From: an uncultured beta proteobacterium
GTDB taxonomy: Bacteria; Pseudomonadota; Gammaproteobacteria; Burkholderiales; SG8-41
Length of the DNA stretch: 64,000 bases
Direction: 5' to 3'
Assembly (NCBI GenBank): GCA_903889565.1
Contig: CAISYC010000012.1
Span: 52,626-116,625, forward strand
Each line of letters opens with the position of its first letter. The first letter of the stretch is position 1. The notes below the pieces were generated by a model that was given only the letters and a program-made list of their open reading frames with translations, did no database searches and had not been told where the DNA came from. Of the stretch, positions 1-9,494 are shown one piece after another. A program made the position numbers and the translations under genes.

Positions 1-3
1 AGC

Positions 4-723
4 CTACACCCGTCGCGGGCTGTTTGCCTGCGGCAGACGTTTCAAGAAATGTTCGATTAATTCCGCGCCGATTTCGGCCGGCGTGTCGGCAATGCCGAGA
101 TCGCGGGTCTGCGTGACGTGGAGCCCGGGATAGCCGCAGGGATTGATGTCGCGGAACGGAGCCAGATCCATGTCAACGTTCAATGCCAGGCCATGATAGC
201 AGCAGCCGCGGCGGATGCGCAGGCCGAGCGCCGCGATTTTGGCGTCGTTGACGTAAACACCGGGCGCGTCCGCGCGGAATACCGCGTCGATGCCGTGGCT
301 TTTGAGCAGATCGATCACCGCCTGCTCCATCAACCGCACCAGCGGCCGCACGGAAAGACCGCGCCGCTTCATGTCGACCAGCAGGTAGAGCACGACCTGG
401 CCGGGGCCGTGATAGGTGATCTGGCCGCCGCGGTCGATGCGCACCACCGGTATGCCGTTGGCCGCGCGCGGCAGATGTTCCGCTTTGCCGGCGATGCCCA
501 GCGTGTAGACCGCCGGATGTTCGAGCAGCCATAATTCGTCCGCCGTGTCGTCGTTGCGTTGCGTGGTGAAATCCTGCATTGCGCGCCAGGTCGGCTCGTA
601 ATCGACCAGCCCCATGCGCTTGACGACCGGTAAGGCGTCAGGCGTCAGCGGTGAGGTATGGCCGCGAGCGCTTTCATCAGGCGTTTCGCCTGCGTCCTGA
701 ACGTTTTTCGCCTCGCGCCTCAC
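4..723 (-). CDS. lipB: Octanoyltransferase (lipoyl(octanoyl) transferase) LipB
   Basis: Translation has LipB hallmarks (LGLVDYEPTW, LWLLEHPAVYTLG, RGGQITYHGPGQ). It sits in the conserved dac-ybeD-lipB arrangement. Confidence 0.9.
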   Translation of the reverse strand: MRREAKNVQDAGETPDESARGHTSPLTPDALPVVKRMGLVDYEPTWRAMQDFTTQRNDDTADELWLLEHPAVYTLGIAGKAEHLPRAANGIPVVRIDRGGQITYHGPGQVVLYLLVDMKRRGLSVRPLVRLMEQAVIDLLKSHGIDAVFRADAPGVYVNDAKIAALGLRIRRGCCYHGLALNVDMDLAPFRDINPCGYPGLHVTQTRDLGIADTPAEIGAELIEHFLKRLPQANSPRRV

Positions 724-736
724 GTTTTGTGCCTCT

Positions 737-1015
737 CTACATCACCATCACCACCATCGGATGGTCGCACAGCTCGCGGTAGAGCGCGTCGAGCTGCGCG
801 CGCGAGGTGGCGTTGATGGTGCAGGTGATGCTCAGGTATTTGCCGGCCTTGCTCGATTTCATTTGCATGGTGGCGCCATCGAAGTCAGGCGCGTGGCGAG
901 TGACAATGGCGAGCACGGATTGCGCGAAGCCCGCCTGCGTGTGGCCTATGATCTTGAGCGGAAACTCGCTGGGATATTCGATCAGCGAAGGTTCAGGCGC
1001 ATCAGCCTCGGCCAT
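737..1015 (-). CDS. YbeD-like DUF493 family protein
   Basis: 92 aa with EYPSEFPLKIIG, typical of YbeD. It lies immediately upstream of lipB, as in many proteobacteria. Confidence 0.8.
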   Translation of the reverse strand: MAEADAPEPSLIEYPSEFPLKIIGHTQAGFAQSVLAIVTRHAPDFDGATMQMKSSKAGKYLSITCTINATSRAQLDALYRELCDHPMVVMVM

Positions 1016-1018
1016 GCT

Positions 1019-1882
1019 TCAGGCGGCGCGCCGCATGACGGTTTGTTTGAATTCCTGATAGAGCGCGTGCATGCGGTGGAACAGCGGGCCGGGTTTGCCG
1101 TCGCCGACCGTGCGGCCGTCGAGCGTGGTTACCGCCAGCACTTCCTTGGTCGAGGATGTCAGCCAGATCTCCTGCGCGCCGCGCACTTCCTGCTCGGACA
1201 CCTCGCGCATTTCGAGCGGGATTTTGTTTGCCGCGGCGAGTTCAAGCACGACGTCGTAGGTGATGCCGGGCAGGATCAGGTGGTTCTTCGGCGGCGCCAG
1301 CAGTACGCCGTTTTTCACAGCGAGCACGTTGCAGGCCGCGGCTTCGGTCAGGTAGCCGTCGCGGAAAAGAATGATTTCGGCGGTGCCGGCATCGACGGCG
1401 GATTGCTTGAGCAGGCAGTTGCCGAGCAGCGACACCGATTTGACGTCGCATTTCAGCCAGCGGAAGTCGGTGCCGGTGATGCAGGCCACACCTTGGTCGA
1501 TCTGCTCGCGCGGCGGCGTCATCAGCGGCGTGCTCATCATGAACACGGTCGGTTGCGCATTCAGCGGAAACTCGTGCGCGCGCTTCGAAACGCCGCGCGT
1601 GATCTGGAAATAAATCGACTGATCCTCGCCCGGGTTGCGCGCGATCATGTCGAGCACCAGCTGCGACCACTCCGCGGCCGTATGCGGATTGGCGATGCGC
1701 ACGCTGTCAAGACTGTTCTGCAGGCGGCGCAGATGTTCGGCGAGCCTGAACGGGTGACGCGAATACACCGGAATCACTTCGTAGACGCCGTCGCCGAATA
1801 TGAAGCCGCGGTCGAGCACCGGCACGCGCGCTTCGGCCATCGGCATGAATTCGCCATTGAGATAAACGATGTCGGTTGTCAT
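1019..1882 (-). CDS. D-amino-acid aminotransferase (class IV PLP-dependent aminotransferase)
   Basis: 287 aa. The N-terminus VYLNGEFMPMAEARVPVLDRGFIFGDGVYEVIPVY is typical of fold-type IV aminotransferases. Synteny with dac/ybeD/lipB supports it. Confidence 0.75.
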   Translation of the reverse strand: MTTDIVYLNGEFMPMAEARVPVLDRGFIFGDGVYEVIPVYSRHPFRLAEHLRRLQNSLDSVRIANPHTAAEWSQLVLDMIARNPGEDQSIYFQITRGVSKRAHEFPLNAQPTVFMMSTPLMTPPREQIDQGVACITGTDFRWLKCDVKSVSLLGNCLLKQSAVDAGTAEIILFRDGYLTEAAACNVLAVKNGVLLAPPKNHLILPGITYDVVLELAAANKIPLEMREVSEQEVRGAQEIWLTSSTKEVLAVTTLDGRTVGDGKPGPLFHRMHALYQEFKQTVMRRAA

Positions 1883-1903
1883 GTCAGCGGCTCCTGCCTG
1901 GCG

Positions 1904-3028
1904 TTATTTGAACAGCAATCTGATCGAATCCCAGCCGCGGCCGATGATCCCCGCGAGCGGCACCGCTTCCAGCGCCACCACCGGTATATCGGCGTAGGGC
2001 TTGCCGTCGAGCGCGAGTTTCATGACGCCGATTTTCTGCCCCGCGGCGACCGGCGCGATCAAGGGCTGCTGGCTTTCCAGCCGCGCCTTGAGTTTGTCGG
2101 CCTGGCCTTTCGGCACACTTGCGTACATGTCGGTGACGAAGCCCGCCTTGACGCTGTTGCCCGAGCCCTTCCACACCGGCAGACTCGCCACCATCTGGTT
2201 GGCCTCGTACAACTTCACGCTATCATAAAACTGAAAACCGTAGTTAAGCAGCTTCTGGCTTTCGGCGGCGCGCGCGGTTTCCGACGCGGTGCCGAGCACA
2301 ACGGAAAGCAGGCGACGCTCGCCGCGTTTCGCCGAAGTGATCAGGCAGTAGCCGGCGTTGTCGGTGTAACCGGTTTTCATGCCGTCCACCGTCGGGTCCG
2401 ACCACAGCAGGCGGTTGCGGTTGGCCTGCGTAATGTTGTTGTAGCGGTATTCCTTCATCGAGTAGAGCGGATGGTATTCGGGGAAGTCGCGGATGATCGC
2501 CGAGGCGAGCAGCGCGAGATCGTAGGCGGTCGAATAATGCTGCGGGTTGGGCAGGCCGGTCGCGTTCATGAAGTTGCTGTTCTTCATGCCGAGGCGCTGC
2601 GCCTCCTTGTTCATGAGTTGCGCAAAGGTCTCTTCGCTGCCGGCAATCAACTCGGCCAGCGCAATGCAGGCGTCGTTGCCGGACTGGATGATCATGCCGT
2701 GAATGAGCTCATCGACCGTGACCGGTTTGCGCGGCTCGATGAACATGCGCGAGCCCTCGGCCTTCCATGCGCGCTCCGACACCGGCACCGTTTGCGTGAG
2801 TTGAATCGACTTCTGCCTGAGCGCGCCAAAGGTGATATAGGCGGTCATCAGCTTGGTCAGCGAGGCCGGCTCGAAGCGTTCCTCGGCGCGCTGGCTGGCC
2901 AGCAGTTGCTGGCTGTAGTAATCAATCAGCAGGAAGGATTTGGCGGCGATCGCCGGCGGCGGGACCGCCGGTTGGGCGCAGCACAGGGCTGCCGCCGACA
3001 TTAAAATGAAAAACAGGAATGCGCGCAT
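1904..3028 (-). CDS. D-alanyl-D-alanine carboxypeptidase (PBP5/6-like, peptidase S11)
   Basis: Signal peptide, SLTKLMT (SxxK), SGN and KTGYT (KTG) motifs, plus a PBP5-type C-terminal domain. Confidence 0.87.
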   Translation of the reverse strand: MRAFLFFILMSAAALCCAQPAVPPPAIAAKSFLLIDYYSQQLLASQRAEERFEPASLTKLMTAYITFGALRQKSIQLTQTVPVSERAWKAEGSRMFIEPRKPVTVDELIHGMIIQSGNDACIALAELIAGSEETFAQLMNKEAQRLGMKNSNFMNATGLPNPQHYSTAYDLALLASAIIRDFPEYHPLYSMKEYRYNNITQANRNRLLWSDPTVDGMKTGYTDNAGYCLITSAKRGERRLLSVVLGTASETARAAESQKLLNYGFQFYDSVKLYEANQMVASLPVWKGSGNSVKAGFVTDMYASVPKGQADKLKARLESQQPLIAPVAAGQKIGVMKLALDGKPYADIPVVALEAVPLAGIIGRGWDSIRLLFK

Positions 3029-3086
3029 GGGGTCGAAAAGCGCGAATTATAACAAAGCGCCCCCGTGCGCCCTTGTTACATCGCGG

Positions 3087-3266
3087 CTAGGCGTCTTCGT
3101 CGCGCTGGCGGCGGATGGCGGCGCGAATGATTCTGAGCTGGCGGCTGAAATTGGTGCAGCCGGCGCACGCCAGCAAATGCAGCCTGAGGCGAAGCCGTTC
3201 GCCCAGACCGAGCGGGCGCTCCTGCGCTTGCGACAGCAGCACACTGGATTCTTTGCAGGTCAGCAT
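3087..3266 (-). CDS. Putative zinc-binding (ZAS-type, HxxxCxxC) mini anti-sigma factor, 59 aa
   Basis: The ATG at 3266 lies 5 nt downstream of the ECF sigma stop codon. The product MLTCKESS...LHLLACAGC carries H30-x3-C34-x2-C37 plus C4. No transmembrane segment. Confidence 0.55.
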   Translation of the reverse strand: MLTCKESSVLLSQAQERPLGLGERLRLRLHLLACAGCTNFSRQLRIIRAAIRRQRDEDA

Positions 3267-3271
3267 GGTTG

Positions 3272-3838
3272 TCAGGCCGCGGCGGTGCCCCATTTGATTT
3301 CAATGCATTCGCGCAGGGCGAGCCGGGCGCGATGGAGGATTACCCACAGATTGGTCGGCGTGATGCCAAGCTCCTTACAGATTTCTTCGGTGGAAAGCTC
3401 CAGTACCTCGCGCATCATGAACACGCGCGCGGTGCGCAGCGGCATTGCCTTTGCGCATAGCTCGAAGACTTCGCGGAAACGCTTGTCCTCGAGGGCGCGT
3501 TCAGGGCTGCCCCAATCGGCGGGGAATTGCTGCCAGTGGCCATCGGCCTGAAACAACGCATCGGCGGCCTCGGCTTCGGAGCCGTCATCATCGTCGCTGA
3601 CGAGCGGCTGGTCCCTCGCGCGCCGCCGGATCAGGTCGATGATCTTGTGCTTGAGGATGCCGGTGAGCCAGGTCTTGACCGTCGATTTGCCGGCGAAACG
3701 CGCGCGGCCCTCGAGGGCGGACAGTAAAGTCTCCTGTACCACGTCTTCGGCACTCTCGCGGTCGCGTAACTGCAGCAGCGCATAGCGCAGCAGGTAGGGC
3801 CGCAGTTGTTCGAGTTCTTCGGTGCCGGGGGCTGTCAT
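3272..3838 (-). CDS. ECF-type RNA polymerase sigma-70 family factor
   Basis: 188 aa. Region 2 (AEDVVQETLLSAL, FAGKSTVKTWLTGILKHKIID) and a region 4 helix-turn-helix (LSTEEICKELGITPTNLWVILHRAR). Confidence 0.87.
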   Translation of the reverse strand: MTAPGTEELEQLRPYLLRYALLQLRDRESAEDVVQETLLSALEGRARFAGKSTVKTWLTGILKHKIIDLIRRRARDQPLVSDDDDGSEAEAADALFQADGHWQQFPADWGSPERALEDKRFREVFELCAKAMPLRTARVFMMREVLELSTEEICKELGITPTNLWVILHRARLALRECIEIKWGTAAA

Positions 3839-3921
3839 CGGGTGGCTTGAATTTCCGCAGAATGGGCCAATTTACGGGCTTTTTTGCCGGCATACAAGCA
3901 AGCGCCGGCCTGCGCCGGCCA

Positions 3922-3950
3922 CTTGAAATCCTTACGCGCGAACGCATATA
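3922..3950 (+). promoter_or_regulatory. Candidate sigma-32 (heat-shock) promoter upstream of hsp20
   Basis: CTTGAAA (3922-3928), a 14-nt spacer, then CGCATATA (3943-3950). This approximates CTTGAA-N13-17-CCCCATNT and sits about 50 nt before the hsp20 ATG. Confidence 0.3.
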
Positions 3951-4001
3951 CGCTGCACGGGGCCGCAACGGACGCGCGCCCTATCCAACAGGAGAACAGT
4001 C

Positions 4002-4427
4002 ATGGCAAATATTGCACGTTTCAATGTATTGGATAACACGCTTGATGAACTGATGCGCGGTTTTTTCGTGCGCCCGATGAATTTCGAAACGGCGGCGGCG
4101 CCGGTGCAGTTGCGCATCGACGTCAGTGAAACCGAGACGGCCTATACCGTCCACGCCGAAATTCCGGGCGTGAAGAAGGACGACATCCATGTCGCAATCG
4201 ACGGCAACCAGGTCGAGATCAGTGCCGAGGTCAAGAACGAGAAGGAAGTAAAGGAAGGCGAAAAAGTGCTGCGGTCGGAGCGCTACTACGGCAAGGTTTA
4301 CCGGGCGTTTGCGCTGGGGCAGGACATCGATGACGCGGCGACCGAAGCGCGCTATGCGGACGGCGTGCTTGAACTGAAACTGCCGAAGAAGGTGTCGGCG
4401 AAGGCCAAGCGCATCTCGATCCAGTAA
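4002..4427 (+). CDS. Hsp20/alpha-crystallin family small heat-shock protein
   Basis: 141 aa with an alpha-crystallin core (YTVHAEIPGVKKDDIHVAIDGNQVEISAE...RSERYYGKVYRAFAL...A.YADGVLELKLPK). Confidence 0.9.
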   Translation: MANIARFNVLDNTLDELMRGFFVRPMNFETAAAPVQLRIDVSETETAYTVHAEIPGVKKDDIHVAIDGNQVEISAEVKNEKEVKEGEKVLRSERYYGKVYRAFALGQDIDDAATEARYADGVLELKLPKKVSAKAKRISIQ

Positions 4428-5453
<1,026 letters not shown>

Positions 5454-5462
5454 CGGCCGATT

Positions 5463-6107
5463 GTGAAATTCAACCGTGTCTGGGTGTTCGATCTCGACAA
5501 CACCCTGCACAATGCGAGCCCGCATATTTTTCCGCACATCAACAGCGCGATGACCGCTTATCTGCAGACCCATCTCGGACTCGATGAGACCGCTGCCGGC
5601 GAATTGCGGCGGCATTACTGGCTGCGCTACGGCGCCACCCTGATCGGCCTGATGCGCAATCACGCCACCGATCCGCAGCATTTTCTGCGCGCGACTCACG
5701 ACATTCCGGACCTTGCCGCCAAGGTCGTCGGCGAACCGGGATTGCGCGCGATGCTCAACCGCCTGCCCGGGCGCAAGCTGGTGTTTTCGAATGCGCCGGC
5801 GCATTATGCGGCGGCGGTGTTGCGCGCGCTCGGCATCGCCGATTTGTTCGACGACGTGTTTGCGATCGAACACACCGGCTACCGGCCCAAGCCCGACAGC
5901 TACGGTTTTTTGCGGCTGTTCCGCCGCCACCGGGTGCGCGCCGACCGCTGCGTGATGGTCGAGGACAATCTGGAAAATCTGAAAACGGCCAAGCGGCTGG
6001 GCATGGCGACGGTGTGGGTGTCGCGCGCGGCGCGCACGCCAGGCTACGTCGATTTCAGCATTCGCAACATGCTGCAATTGCCGCGCCTGGCGTGGCATCT
6101 GCATTGA
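5463..6107 (+). CDS. HAD-superfamily hydrolase, pyrimidine 5'-nucleotidase-like
   Basis: GTG start. HAD motif I VWVFDLDNTLH, and a later MVEDNLENL..AKRLGM motif III/IV region. Confidence 0.7.
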   Translation: MKFNRVWVFDLDNTLHNASPHIFPHINSAMTAYLQTHLGLDETAAGELRRHYWLRYGATLIGLMRNHATDPQHFLRATHDIPDLAAKVVGEPGLRAMLNRLPGRKLVFSNAPAHYAAAVLRALGIADLFDDVFAIEHTGYRPKPDSYGFLRLFRRHRVRADRCVMVEDNLENLKTAKRLGMATVWVSRAARTPGYVDFSIRNMLQLPRLAWHLH

Positions 6108-6123
6108 TACGGACAGCACAAAA

Positions 6124-6699
6124 ATGACCAAACGCGGCGACCGGAAACTACAGATACTGCAAACGCTGGCGGAAATGCTCGAGCAGCCCGCCGCCGAGAA
6201 GATCACGACCGCATCGCTGGCGGCCAGAATCGACGTGTCGGAGGCCGCGCTGTACCGCCATTTCGCGAGCAAGGCGCAGATGTTCGAAGGCCTGATCGAA
6301 TTTATCGAAGAGACGCTGTTCGGCCTCATCAACAAAATCACCGCGGAGGAAAAAAGCGGTCTGCGCCAGCTCGAATCGATCACCACCATGCTGCTCGGCT
6401 TCGCGCAGAAGAACCGCGGCATGACGCGGGTATTGATCGGCGATGCGCTGGTGCACGAGAACGAACGCCTGCAGGTGCGCATCAATCAGTTGCACGACCG
6501 CGTCGAGGCTACGCTCAAGCAGGCGATCCGCTTTGCCGCCGGCCAGAACGAGTTGCCGGCGGGCATCGATGCCGCCGCGCGCGCCAATCTGATCATGAGC
6601 TGTGTGTCCGGTCGCTGGCAGCAGTTTGCAAAAAGCGGTTTCCGCCGCGACCCCATGCAATACTGGCCGGACCAATGGCGCACCCTGACTTCGCATTGA
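6124..6699 (+). CDS. slmA: Nucleoid occlusion factor SlmA (TetR family)
   Basis: RKLQILQTLAEMLEQP...KITTASLAARIDVSEAALYRHFASKAQMFEGLIEFIEE closely resembles the SlmA N-terminal helix-turn-helix region. Confidence 0.8.
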   Translation: MTKRGDRKLQILQTLAEMLEQPAAEKITTASLAARIDVSEAALYRHFASKAQMFEGLIEFIEETLFGLINKITAEEKSGLRQLESITTMLLGFAQKNRGMTRVLIGDALVHENERLQVRINQLHDRVEATLKQAIRFAAGQNELPAGIDAAARANLIMSCVSGRWQQFAKSGFRRDPMQYWPDQWRTLTSH

Positions 6700-6720
6700 C
6701 ACGGAATTTCCGGAGGCTAC

Positions 6721-7146
6721 ATGACCATTACGACGCAGCAACTCGCCGAACTGCTGATCGGCATCGCGCGCTCCCAGCAGGCCATTATCGACGCCATTGA
6801 CGCGCAAAAGGCGGGCTTCAAGGGCACCTACCTCTCGCCGGCGCTCGACAGCGTGGCAAAAATACGTTCGACCAGCCGGCCGCCGTCCCTGCAGGAACTG
6901 CCGGCGCGCGTGCTGACGCAATGCCAGAGTCGCGTCGGGCCCAATCTCGAACAGGTGGTCAAGGATCTGGAGGCGTTGTTGTCGGGTCAGGTGGCTGCCC
7001 CGGCGACGGTGGCGCCGGCGACCGCGCGCGCCGCGGCTGCAGTGCCGTCCGCAGCAGTGCCTGCCGCGCCCGCGCCCGCAGCCGCACCGCCCGCAGCCGC
7101 GCCGGGCAGTGGCGGCGACGACGATCTCGATATGACCAAAGGCTAG
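6721..7146 (+). CDS. Hypothetical protein with Ala/Pro-rich C-terminal tail
   Basis: 141-aa ORF on the same strand as slmA, 22 nt downstream, with GGAGG 6 nt before the ATG. The N-terminal 95 aa look helical. The C-terminal 45 aa are low-complexity Ala/Pro ending in an acidic DDDLDM. Confidence 0.5.
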   Translation: MTITTQQLAELLIGIARSQQAIIDAIDAQKAGFKGTYLSPALDSVAKIRSTSRPPSLQELPARVLTQCQSRVGPNLEQVVKDLEALLSGQVAAPATVAPATARAAAAVPSAAVPAAPAPAAAPPAAAPGSGGDDDLDMTKG

Positions 7147-7208
7147 AGCGCGGCTGTCAGCGCAAACGCCGCCATGCGCTGCAAGGGGTAGTCGAACGAT
7201 TCAGCGGT

Positions 7209-7958
7209 TCAGCGTTTTGCACAGACGGCGCACGCCGGATCGCGTTTGACGCGGACGCTGCGCCACTCCATCGCCAATGCGTCGAGCAGCAATAAACGTC
7301 CGGCGAGGCTGCTGCCGGCATTGCAAATGAGTTTAAGCGCCTCTGCTGCCTGGGTCGAACCGACGATGCCGACCAGCGGCGCAAACACGCCCATCACTGC
7401 ACAGCGCATGTCGGCGTCCTCGCCGCCCGCAGGAAACAAACACTGATAACACGGCGATTCGGCGCTGCGCGCATCGAACACCGCGATCTGACCGTCGAAC
7501 CGCACAGCCGCACCGGACACCAGCGGCTTTTGATGCGCAACGCAGGCCGCATTAATTGCGTGGCGGGTGCTGAAATTGTCGCTGCAGTCGAGCACCACAT
7601 TGGCGCCGGCAATGAGTTCATCGAGCCGTGCGCCGGCGATGCGTTCGCGCAATGCGATGACGCGGACTTCAGGATTGATCGCGGCGAGGGTGGAGCGCGC
7701 CGATTCGGCTTTTGGCGTGCCGACCGCGTCGCCGCGATGGACGATCTGCCGTTGCAGATTGGTCAGATCGACGTCGTCGCCGTCGCAGATGGTCAGCGTG
7801 CCCACGCCCGCCGAAGCCAGATACAGCGCCGCCGGCGAACCGAGTCCGCCGGCGCCGACGATCAGCGCGTGCGCATTGCAGATTTTTTCCTGGCCCTCGA
7901 TGCCGATTTCCGGCAGCAGAATGTGGCGGCTGTAGCGCAGCAGTTGTTGGTCGTTCAT
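7209..7958 (-). CDS. moeB: Molybdopterin-synthase adenylyltransferase (MoeB/ThiF family)
   Basis: LLRYSRHILLPEIGIEGQEKI..LIVGAGGLGSP..DGDDVDLTNLQRQ, plus CxxC pairs (CYQC, CAVC). Confidence 0.82.
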   Translation of the reverse strand: MNDQQLLRYSRHILLPEIGIEGQEKICNAHALIVGAGGLGSPAALYLASAGVGTLTICDGDDVDLTNLQRQIVHRGDAVGTPKAESARSTLAAINPEVRVIALRERIAGARLDELIAGANVVLDCSDNFSTRHAINAACVAHQKPLVSGAAVRFDGQIAVFDARSAESPCYQCLFPAGGEDADMRCAVMGVFAPLVGIVGSTQAAEALKLICNAGSSLAGRLLLLDALAMEWRSVRVKRDPACAVCAKR

Positions 7959-7994
7959 GGTGACGCTACTTTAGCCGCGGCATTGCCGTCTGTA

Positions 7995-8028
7995 AAACAA
8001 AACGCCCGGCGCGGGCCGGGCGTTTTGC
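7995..8028 (-). terminator. Rho-independent terminator downstream of ctp
   Basis: 10-bp stem AACGCCCGGC / GCCGGGCGTT with a 4-nt loop. On the minus strand it is followed by TTTTGTTTT. Confidence 0.6.
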
Positions 8029-8041
8029 GAAGTGCCAAAGC

Positions 8042-9469
8042 TCAGTTGGCGCTGGCCCGCGTGCTCGGTGCGCGGCTCTTGAGGAAGTTGATCGCCTGCG
8101 ATAATTCGTAATCGTATTTCGCGACAACTTCACCGGCATCCGGTTTGAGATCTTTTTCCGGCACGTCCTTCTGCCGCGGGGCCGGCACGAAGTTGAACGA
8201 ATTGGCCGCCGGCGCTGCGTCGGGCTTGGTTGTTTTTTCACGATCGTTCTCGAGGTGCTTGGTGAGATCCGCTTCACGCAGCTTGAGTCCGGGGTCGTTT
8301 TTGCCGGCGGTGCCGTCGTCCAGTTCAATGTCGGGCACGATGCCCTTGGCCTGGATCGAACGGCCGTTCGGCGTGTAGTAGCGCGCGGTGGTCAGCTTGA
8401 TCGCAGTGTTGTTGCCGAGCGGCAGTATGGTCTGCACCGATCCCTTGCCGAAGGTTTGCGTGCCCATGATGACGGCACGCTTGTGATCCTGCAGCGCGCC
8501 GGCGACGATTTCCGAGGCCGAGGCCGAACCGCCATTGACCAGCACCACCATCGGCACGTTCTTGATCTCGGGCGGCAGTTTGGCGACGTAATCTTCCTTG
8601 ATATTGCGCGTGCGCAGATAGTTCTCGGGGCTCGCGGTCAGTCGCATCTTGGCGTCTTCGGCGCGGCCTTCGGTGTAGACGACCAGGGCATTCTGCGGCA
8701 GGAAGGCCGCCGACACCGCGACGGCGCCATTGAGCAGTCCGCCCGGATCGTTGCGCAGGTCGAGCACGATGCCGCGCATCGGTCCCTGATTCTGCTTGTA
8801 GAGCGTGGTGATCGCGCCGGCGAGCGTTTCGCCGGTGTGCTCCTGGAACTGGGTGACGCGGAAGTAGGCGTAGCCCGGTTCGATGAGTTTGTACTTCACG
8901 CTCTGGATCTTGATGACGGCGCGCGTCAGCGACAGCACCAGCGGCTTCGGCTCGTTTTTGCGCACCACCGTCAGCGTGATCTGCGTGTTCGGCCGGCCGC
9001 GCATGCGTTTGACCGCATCGTTCAGCGTCATGCCCTTGACCGAGGTGTCGTCGAGCTTGACGATGAGGTCGCCGGCCTTGATGCCGGCCCGCGAGGCCGG
9101 CGAATCGTCGATCGGCGAGACGACCTTGACGAAGCCGTCTTCCATGCCGACCTCGATGCCGAGGCCGCCGAATTCGCCCTGCGTGCCGACCTGCAGTTCC
9201 TTAAAGGCATCCTGATCAAGATAGGCCGAGTGCGGATCGAGACCGGCCAGCATGCCGGTGATGGCTTCGGTGATGAGTTTTTTGTCTTCGACCGGTTCGA
9301 CGTAGTCCTTCTTGATGCGGCCGAACACTTCGGTAAACGAGCGCAGCTCCTCGATCGGCAACGGCCCGAGCGCTTCGCGCTGCGCTACCGCGGAAAAATT
9401 GAGCGAGATCATCACGCCGAGGCAGGCGCCCAGCGCGATCAATCCGATTTGATTCAGTTTTCCACGCAT
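8042..9469 (-). CDS. Carboxy-terminal processing protease (peptidase S41, Ctp/Prc family)
   Basis: PDZ region (GGLGIEV..DDSPASRAGIKAGDLI) and S41 catalytic region (VVLVNGGSASASEIVAGALQDH..GTQTFGKGSVQ). Confidence 0.9.
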   Translation of the reverse strand: MRGKLNQIGLIALGACLGVMISLNFSAVAQREALGPLPIEELRSFTEVFGRIKKDYVEPVEDKKLITEAITGMLAGLDPHSAYLDQDAFKELQVGTQGEFGGLGIEVGMEDGFVKVVSPIDDSPASRAGIKAGDLIVKLDDTSVKGMTLNDAVKRMRGRPNTQITLTVVRKNEPKPLVLSLTRAVIKIQSVKYKLIEPGYAYFRVTQFQEHTGETLAGAITTLYKQNQGPMRGIVLDLRNDPGGLLNGAVAVSAAFLPQNALVVYTEGRAEDAKMRLTASPENYLRTRNIKEDYVAKLPPEIKNVPMVVLVNGGSASASEIVAGALQDHKRAVIMGTQTFGKGSVQTILPLGNNTAIKLTTARYYTPNGRSIQAKGIVPDIELDDGTAGKNDPGLKLREADLTKHLENDREKTTKPDAAPAANSFNFVPAPRQKDVPEKDLKPDAGEVVAKYDYELSQAINFLKSRAPSTRASAN

Positions 9470-9494
9470 GGCCGATGGCTCCGCACTCGCTGCA

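Noticed and set aside
761-3004. 747-aa plus-strand ORF spanning the dat and dac region.
   Set aside because: It is entirely antisense to two well-supported genes. Its Arg/Ala/Gly/His-rich composition and lack of recognisable motifs mark it as a typical shadow ORF of high-GC DNA.
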